From positions 1-40,788 of the forward strand of contig JAVECL010000168.1 in the NCBI GenBank assembly GCA_051942245.1: DNA of 40,788 nucleotides. Direction: 5' to 3'. The translations under genes were made by a program, and so were the position numbers. Source of the DNA: Trypethelium eluteriae. Taxonomy: Eukaryota. The notes beneath the pieces are model-generated. The model had not been told where the DNA came from, did not search any database, and worked only from the letters and a program-made list of their open reading frames with translations. Positions 34,310 to 40,788 of this stretch are shown here, one piece after another; the first letter of the stretch is position 1; every line of letters starts with the position of its first letter.

Positions 34310-36277
34310 ATGGCGGAAGCCGTCGCCGCGATAGCTGTGGTTGCAAGTGTCATTGCTTGCGTCCAGTTTGCCGGAAAGCTCACCGCCGAGACCGTCAATT
34401 TCGCCAAATCGACCAGCAATCGCCTACGTGAGCATCGTCGCTTGAGAGAACTGACCCTAGAGAACGAGCACCTGACGACGCGACTTCGGTCACTCCAATG
34501 TAGCGGCAAAGACCATTTTCTCGAAAAGAGCGTGCAAGAGAAGGCAATACAATGTCATGAAGAGTGCAAAAGACTGTTGGAGATGCTGGAGTCCCTCAGA
34601 GCCAATAACGCCAGACAAAAGATAGTAGCAGCTCTTAAGTCCATCAGAAAGCAGCCCAAAATAGAGGCATGTCGGAAAAGGTTGAAGGAGTTGCAAGCCC
34701 AGTTGAGCTTGGTTCTGCTCGCGCTTGTCCAAAGCGATCAGCGACAGGAGTTCTCCAGTCTTAGAGATTGCATTGAGGAGCAGCATGAGCAGAACGCGTC
34801 TGAATTGCAGCAAGCTACAAAAACCGTTACGACACAGATGCGCGAGCTGCTTCAGCGCAATGACAACGTCGTCGCTAAGATTATACGCAGCCTCGAGTTC
34901 CCTACCATGTATCAAAGGCGCCATGACCTCGTTGACGCAGCTTCAGAGACGTTCAACTGGCCATTCTCGGAGAGCCTCATTGCTGATTGGCTTCAGAAAG
35001 GGACGGGAATATTTTGGGTTCGCGGCAAAGCAGGATCTGGTAAATCGACGTTGATGAAGCACATCGTACAAGATCGTAGAACTTACGAGCATCTAAAGAT
35101 ATGGGCAAATGACAAAACACTTCTTGTTGCAGATCACTTCTTCTGGATATCGGGTGCCTCCTTACAGCGATCGTATCAGGGCATGCTTCAGACACTCTTA
35201 CATTCCATCTTCAGAGCCGACCGATCTTTAGTCCCCATCGTCTGTCCCGATCGTTACCAGAACGTCGAATTAGACGATGGAGGCATTTGGTCCACGGATG
35301 AGCTCTTTGAGTGTCTTTGTGCATCAGTAAGGGATAGTAACGTTCGTTACTGCTTCTTCATTGATGGTCTCGATGAGTATCAACCTCAGGAAGATCATCT
35401 TAAGCTCGTCGATCGTCTGAAGCAAATTACAAAATACACCAACGTCAAACTGTGTGTATCAAGTCGCGTTTGGACGATTTTTGAGAACGCATTTGGACTT
35501 GACCATCAGACCATCCGACTTGAGGAAGTGACCAGGGATGACATGAAAAAGTTCGCACGCAGCAGGCTATCTGCATCTGACATCGAGACTGGTCAAACCA
35601 ATCTGGCGGATTGGAGTTCCAAATTTGACGGGCTCGTTGATGACATTGTAGACAAAGCGGAAGGCGTTTTCTTGTGGACTCACTTAGTGCTTTCCTCGAT
35701 GCATGATCGCATGTTAGCTGGCATAGACCCAGATGGTCTCCGACAGTGCCTTCGTGAGTTTCCTAGCGATCTAGAAGAGTACATCCGCGACCTTATCTGG
35801 GCTCGGATAAATACGACGTGGCTAAAAGGGCGATCGGAAACAGCGTATGCGTTGAAGTTTGCGATGATTATGGTTGAAGAAGACGACGTGCAAGAAGTGC
35901 TATCTTACTGGCTCTTGTTACTCAGCAGGGATTGCGACATCAGCGAAAGGGACTTTCATAAACAACTGCGGCTTCAGTGCATTGAGGACGAGATTTTGTC
36001 TCAAATGTGCCGGAAGACAGTGCAAATATTAAGGCAAGCTTGCAAAGATATACTGCGCATCACACAGGACGGCCACGTATCGGATAGCAGGGTCGACTTC
36101 AGTCATCGAAGCATGTATGACTTTCTCAGTACGGCAGAAATGCAGACTTTCCTCGATGAAAATGTGCCAAGTCATTTCCTGGAGTCTGATTTTATAATCC
36201 GATTTCGGATCGCACAAAATAAGCTCCGATCCAGAGATGTTTCTTTGTCGCCCACACCGGCTCCTCTTCGTATTTAA
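34310..36277 (+). CDS. NACHT-type STAND NTPase (fungal NLR-like) with SesA/HeLo-like N-terminal domain
   Basis: Hydrophobic N-helix MAEAVAAIAVVASVIACVQF, Walker A FWVRGKAGSGKSTLMK, Walker B CFFIDGLDE, sensor KLCVSSR, IVDKAEGVFLW, and winged-helix VDFSHRSMYDFL. Intronless 655-aa ORF. Confidence 0.9.
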   Translation: MAEAVAAIAVVASVIACVQFAGKLTAETVNFAKSTSNRLREHRRLRELTLENEHLTTRLRSLQCSGKDHFLEKSVQEKAIQCHEECKRLLEMLESLRANNARQKIVAALKSIRKQPKIEACRKRLKELQAQLSLVLLALVQSDQRQEFSSLRDCIEEQHEQNASELQQATKTVTTQMRELLQRNDNVVAKIIRSLEFPTMYQRRHDLVDAASETFNWPFSESLIADWLQKGTGIFWVRGKAGSGKSTLMKHIVQDRRTYEHLKIWANDKTLLVADHFFWISGASLQRSYQGMLQTLLHSIFRADRSLVPIVCPDRYQNVELDDGGIWSTDELFECLCASVRDSNVRYCFFIDGLDEYQPQEDHLKLVDRLKQITKYTNVKLCVSSRVWTIFENAFGLDHQTIRLEEVTRDDMKKFARSRLSASDIETGQTNLADWSSKFDGLVDDIVDKAEGVFLWTHLVLSSMHDRMLAGIDPDGLRQCLREFPSDLEEYIRDLIWARINTTWLKGRSETAYALKFAMIMVEEDDVQEVLSYWLLLLSRDCDISERDFHKQLRLQCIEDEILSQMCRKTVQILRQACKDILRITQDGHVSDSRVDFSHRSMYDFLSTAEMQTFLDENVPSHFLESDFIIRFRIAQNKLRSRDVSLSPTPAPLRI

Positions 36278-37478
36278 GTATAAATCATTCAAAATATGGG
36301 AGCACTCCACCTCTGAGCAAGTCTAGCACCCGCAAATCTGCGCACGCTGTCAGGGAGTTCGTTGTCGAAGCTACTTACTGATCTGGAACTTGTTTGGAGA
36401 CTTTAATTTCTTTTTCTACAGCAGGTTGAATCGCTCTTTATTCAGCTCAACGTCGAAACGACTAAGGTAACGATAACTCATTGAGTCCCGAGAAGGTGGC
36501 CTTGCAGTCTCAACGACCGTGAGGCTCCCGCTTTCTCTTGATAGATCCAGAATAGCCACCTAATTAGGTTCATGAGAGTCAGGAGAGCTGAGAAGAGTAC
36601 TGTAATAAGATGGAATACTCAGTCGTACGGAGCACATATTCCGACTGCTAAAAATTCCGCCTTTTGGTCAGCCCCGCAATAGCACGTGAAAGCTAAGCTG
36701 GGATGCTGGGTTGCTGGCTTGGGTACCTGGATCGTGGCCTCAGACGTTTCATGTGTTTCGTTTCCGGGCCAGCAGGAAGAAGGATGAGACTTTACGGAGT
36801 AACTACGGAGTATCCCTGCCCCACACCACAGTTGCAACCCGAATCCATGGCCATCTGCAATCTGCCCAACCCAATTAATGCGGTGGCTGGATACATGGCA
36901 AAAGCCCACGACGTCAGCTTCCCACGGCTGAAGGGCACGGAACTGCTTGCTTGTCTGTCTGGACCTCTGCCTGGCAACCACACAGCAGGCTTAGCCTCTG
37001 GCATGGTTCGGCCTTAAGCCTGTGCCGTTCTTACCATAGTTATCCACGCCCCGCCGCCTGAAGTTCGGTTGGCGGGTCCTGCGCCTGAGATCCGTTGCTG
37101 TGAGGTTTGTTGATCGATCTCTTCAAATCACTTGCACTGCTAGCGACAAACGTCCGCGTCGTGGCATTTCTCTCTCTCCTATCCTCTCGCTACTGTGGTA
37201 CAAGTTTGTTCGCGTCCGAACTCAGCATTGCTGTGGTGGAGTCGCGTTGCGGGAAGAGCAGCTTGTCAAGCTTCCAGGTTCGGCCTTGCACAGCTCCCAA
37301 CCACCTCAATTTCTCTCGTCTTTTTTCTACCATGCGATAGGGTTTGAATTTCCATTTCAAATCTCGCGCCTTTCCGTCCCACTGCTCGTTACGTCTGGCT
37401 GCATTGCCGGCACGCTTTCGTGCATCCCGACCCGGCCATCTTTTACCTCCCACTTCGTGGAGATCCACCTCTTCCTCA

Positions 37479-38394
37479 ATGCTGAATCTCACACGGAGCC
37501 TTCGGGTCCTACCCACCTCTCTCATACTCCTCCTGACTCTCAGCTCAGAATGCCTCGCCAATCCAGATCCGATCGCAGCAGCAGAGCCCGAAGCGCTACC
37601 AGTACCAGCACCAATACCCGAGGCATACCCTCTTCCCGTTCCAATTGCAGCGCCGGCGCCGATTCCAGTCGCAGAACCGGAGGCAAACGCTGAGGCGCAG
37701 TCTGGGGGGAATGGTAATGTCTACCAATTCTCCGGCGCAATTTATATCAATGGAAATGCTGGATCATATTCGAGTGCGGGAGGCAGCTACCAGAGTGCAA
37801 GCCCAGCACAGTGCCCGAACAGTGCTCCGATAAGCTGTACAAATCTGGGAGAGCCTAACTGGTATGTTCTCCGTCCAAACAGAGTGAATTCACAAAAGCT
37901 GACAGGTCGCTTCAACCCAGGTGCTGTCCGTCTGGCAATACTTGCGGCTGGGCTTCAAACCAGGTCGTGGGCTGCTGTCCTAGCGGCGAGACATGTTCTG
38001 GTACCGTTGGAGGCTATAACCAAGGAGGGTGAGTTCAAATAATGCTTTTGAATCTGAGCTCTTGAGCTGATCACCGGGCTTCAGGCCGACCACAACTTAC
38101 TACTCTTCCTACGCACAGCCCACCACATACTACTCGAACCCCGGCACGACCGTCTATGTCGGTGGCCCCACAACGAGTTACTACAACAACCCTGGCACCG
38201 CAACTGTTTTCAATGGTTATTGCTCCACCATCGTTGCCAGTGGTCCTGGGCTGCCGACCACTGCTGCCGGACCCTGTGGAACAGTGCTGGTAATCAGTGG
38301 AGCAGAGACATTGCTAAGAGTCAGCTTGATAACTACTATTGGCCTGGTCTCTGGAGGACTACTGTTGACTTGGAGGATGGGTGGATGGGGCTAG
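37479..38394 (+). CDS. Secreted, probably GPI-anchored Cys-rich cell-surface protein with X-Pro/X-Ala propeptide, 3 exons (37479-37861, 37921-38028, 38085-38394)
   Basis: Signal peptide ending CLA, dipeptide-repeat pro-region, Cys module CPNSAPISC..W|CCPSGNTC..GCCPSGETC, T/Y-rich stalk, YCSTIVASGPGLPTTAAGPCGTVLV, and a hydrophobic C-terminus. Confidence 0.85.
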
Positions 38395-38675
38395 CCAGCA
38401 CAATGTAAGGTATGTCTGTACATAGAATGGGAGGCACGGCGTAGGTTATTGCCCATTGGAAGCGGCTGAGCGTAAAATCTTCGGTAATCGTCGCGTACGC
38501 AGAACACGCACTGTTTGCATTGCGGTAGGAAATAAACGGAGGTCAGTAATGAGGAAATGCCATTCAATGTCATTCGTCTACTGTACACTATTCAGTTATT
38601 CTCCAGAAATATGTGTCCTACGCCGCGAGCAGATGTTTTTATACCATTGAATTCCATCTCAATTCTAGATTGTCT

Positions 38676-39521
38676 TTAGTTTCCACGAGCCTTGTCCTCC
38701 TCTTGGTCCTTCGGCACAGAGACGAATTTTGGAACACTAAAGGCGTTCATCTTCCGCATTGCCTAAGATAGAAATCGTCAGTCAACTTGATTTGTACACG
38801 AATATCCGGTGCTGTTGTAGCCCTTTATACAGACAGGACTTACATTCTGGAATCCCGATTCGGGCAACTGCCCGCCCCATTTATCCTCCACCTTCTCAAT
38901 CCGACTTCCATCGGCAGTAGTGAAGATATTCACCACAGACTCGATCGTCTGCTCCTTATTAATGCCCTTGACGACATACCGCGTCTTGAGGTTCATGCTG
39001 ATGGGGTTTCCATTAGATGTGACTTGGTGGCTCAGGCGCTCGATCTCGGAGAAGGCCGTCTGGAGGCCGTACTGTGCGATGTGTATTTTGCATTAGCTTT
39101 GCTGAGCAGAAAGGGAGGAAGCAAGGCCAGGGTTGGCCAGACAAAGACGGGAGAGGTGAAGGTCACATACCCATTGTGGCTCGAATTGCTTGCGGCCCTT
39201 GGCAACAGTAATATTATCCTCGAATGTGGCTTCGTCAGTCCATAGTTGGAGCTTCTCAAGAGAAGGGCGGCCAGCAAAGAGATCGAGGACGGAGCCAACA
39301 ATAGTTTTCTGGTGGGATGAGAGCTCAACGCCAGGGGCAGTGGTGATGTTGGTGTTTTCGATGTTTGGGGTCGACATTGTGCGGATCTGTTGGGAAGATA
39401 GTGGATTGGGAGATGGTAATGAACGGTTTGATGACGAGCTCTGACCGATGTTGTAGATTGTTCTGGTGGTGCGATTGAAGGTGGTGGGGCAGTAAAAACG
39501 GGTTTTGGTGATGAATGGCAT
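38676..39521 (-). CDS. NTF2/SnoaL-like protein, possibly with mitochondrial presequence, 3 exons (39521 or 39377-39171, 39071-38844, 38762-38676)
   Basis: IVGSVLDLFAGRPSLEKLQLWTDEATFEDNITVAKGRKQFEPQW|YGLQTAFSEIER...RIEKVEDKWGG...|AMRKMNAFSVPKFVSVPK. Canonical introns. Confidence 0.85.
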
Positions 39522-39934
39522 TCGCGTAGGTGGCGAAAATGCAGCTGCAATTTGAGGGGATGGATGGGAATTTGAGACGGACGGATCGGAAACGTAAGAA
39601 TGGCGTTCTGAAAGACGGCATAAAGCTTCAGCTTGTTCCTCCTTTGGGGATGTCATGACGTAGCGGCGGAACAGCTAATTTAGGTAGGTTGGTCCATCGC
39701 GTCGCGTCTTACCTGTCGTCATTCTTGGCGCGTCCCTCTAGAGGGTGGAATAAGAAATGTCGACGTTAGTAAGATCTGCTGATCGTGACCGTAGCCGGTA
39801 TCCTTAACCAAATTCTGCTCAGGTGAACCCTCAATCATAACTGAGGATAAAAGTAAGACCTCATAGAGTGCCGAAGAAGAACGTGAAGAGCAGCGATTTC
39901 ATCTTCCGGCATTGAGGCACCTCGCCGACGTTTC

Positions 39935-40462
39935 TCATTGCACTCCCTGATGTCCTGCAGTTGCAATCTTCAAGATTTCGTCTTCAAAGCCTGGTACGGA
40001 AATTGATTCGACGCCGTGCTCCGCTAACTTCGCCCTTCCTTTGTTTTCACCAACAAATGTCTCAGGCTCCTTGACGCCTACATAGACCTTTTGTATGCCA
40101 GGTCTGCCCAGTGTCTTGGTGCGAACGATTCTGTCCACGCAAGGAAGATTTCCGCTCGCCCTTAGGTTACACGGCTCCATGGTGGTATAAAGTACCGTTT
40201 GATCTGGTAAACTTTGGCCCACGTTTTCCTCTTTGACTCCTTGTGCGTCAGCGTATTTCTGAAGACAACACTGTTCCGCGTGCGTATTACCGGGAAGCTC
40301 GAGCGTGAAACCTGTAGCGAGGATGTGGTTGCTGCCAGAGTCCAGTAGTACTGCGCCTACTCGAAAATTAGACGGCTTTGAAGGTGACTTTTCGGCTTGC
40401 TGCAGCGCAAGGCGCATATAAGCGTGATGGTCGGACGGTCCAATGGCATCATTCGTACTCAT
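39935..40462 (-). CDS. CMP/dCMP-type zinc deaminase domain protein (DRAP deaminase/RIB2 C-terminal-like)
   Basis: YMRLALQQA, FRVGAVL, TGFTLELPGNTHAEQCC (HxE), LYTTMEPCNLRASGNLPC (PC..C), VYVGVKEP. A possible 5' intron lies at 40578-40522. Confidence 0.85.
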   Translation of the reverse strand: MSTNDAIGPSDHHAYMRLALQQAEKSPSKPSNFRVGAVLLDSGSNHILATGFTLELPGNTHAEQCCLQKYADAQGVKEENVGQSLPDQTVLYTTMEPCNLRASGNLPCVDRIVRTKTLGRPGIQKVYVGVKEPETFVGENKGRAKLAEHGVESISVPGFEDEILKIATAGHQGVQ

Positions 40463-40719
40463 CGTGATGCGAGGAGTGATCTTCCCGGAGCCTGATTTTC
40501 GGGCTGCCAAATGAGAGACACCTGAGTTTGTGCAAGTTTTATCACCGCCAAACCGTAAGGGCCAAGAAACCCACTTACGCACAGACCACCGCGGGACTTA
40601 CCCGGTCACCACCACGCGGCGCGTCTCAGTTACTATTTACACTCAACAACATCTCACTTCCATTTTCTCGCTCCAAACTTCACTTCACAACCAACATCAA
40701 GCTCACAACCACCTCCACC

Positions 40720-40788
40720 ATGCCTTCCAAATCGGAAGACCTCATCGACGACGCCCCCACCTCCATCAACCCCTACGAAGTCCTCTCC
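40720..40788 (+). CDS. 5' fragment of a DnaJ (J-domain) protein, DNAJC9-like; truncated by window end
   Basis: CCACCATG context; MPSKSEDLIDDAPTSINPYEVLS matches the start of J-domain helix I. ACGCG elements upstream at about 40614-40624. Confidence 0.6.
   Translation, partial: MPSKSEDLIDDAPTSINPYEVLS

Overview
Gene-dense, intron-containing fungal DNA. Short GT..CTRAC..YAG introns and the gene set point to a filamentous ascomycete (Pezizomycotina). Hand splicing gives about 17 protein genes. The left part (0.5-23.5 kb) is housekeeping-like: Nudix hydrolase, adhesin-domain membrane protein, SnoaL/NTF2-like protein, TMEM205/DUF4149 protein head-to-head with Ku80, a Ser/Thr-rich single-pass membrane protein, a DUF676-like alpha/beta hydrolase, a DHA1 MFS transporter divergent from a GPR1/FUN34/YaaH acetate transporter, and Stn1. 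The middle (about 23.6-36.6 kb) looks accessory. It holds a 5-exon, ~1531-aa ankyrin + hydrophobic helix + twin zinc-finger protein preceded by a phased array of (C)GTGGGAATC motifs, a small secreted 6-Cys protein missed by the ORF track, and a NACHT/NLR-like gene without a sensor repeat domain. The right end has a GPI-type protein with a perfect 23x X-Pro/X-Ala propeptide, a second NTF2-like gene, a zinc deaminase and the start of a DnaJ gene. I found no supportable tRNA, rRNA, CRISPR array or intact transposon. All family calls come from motif recognition by eye; no searches were run.
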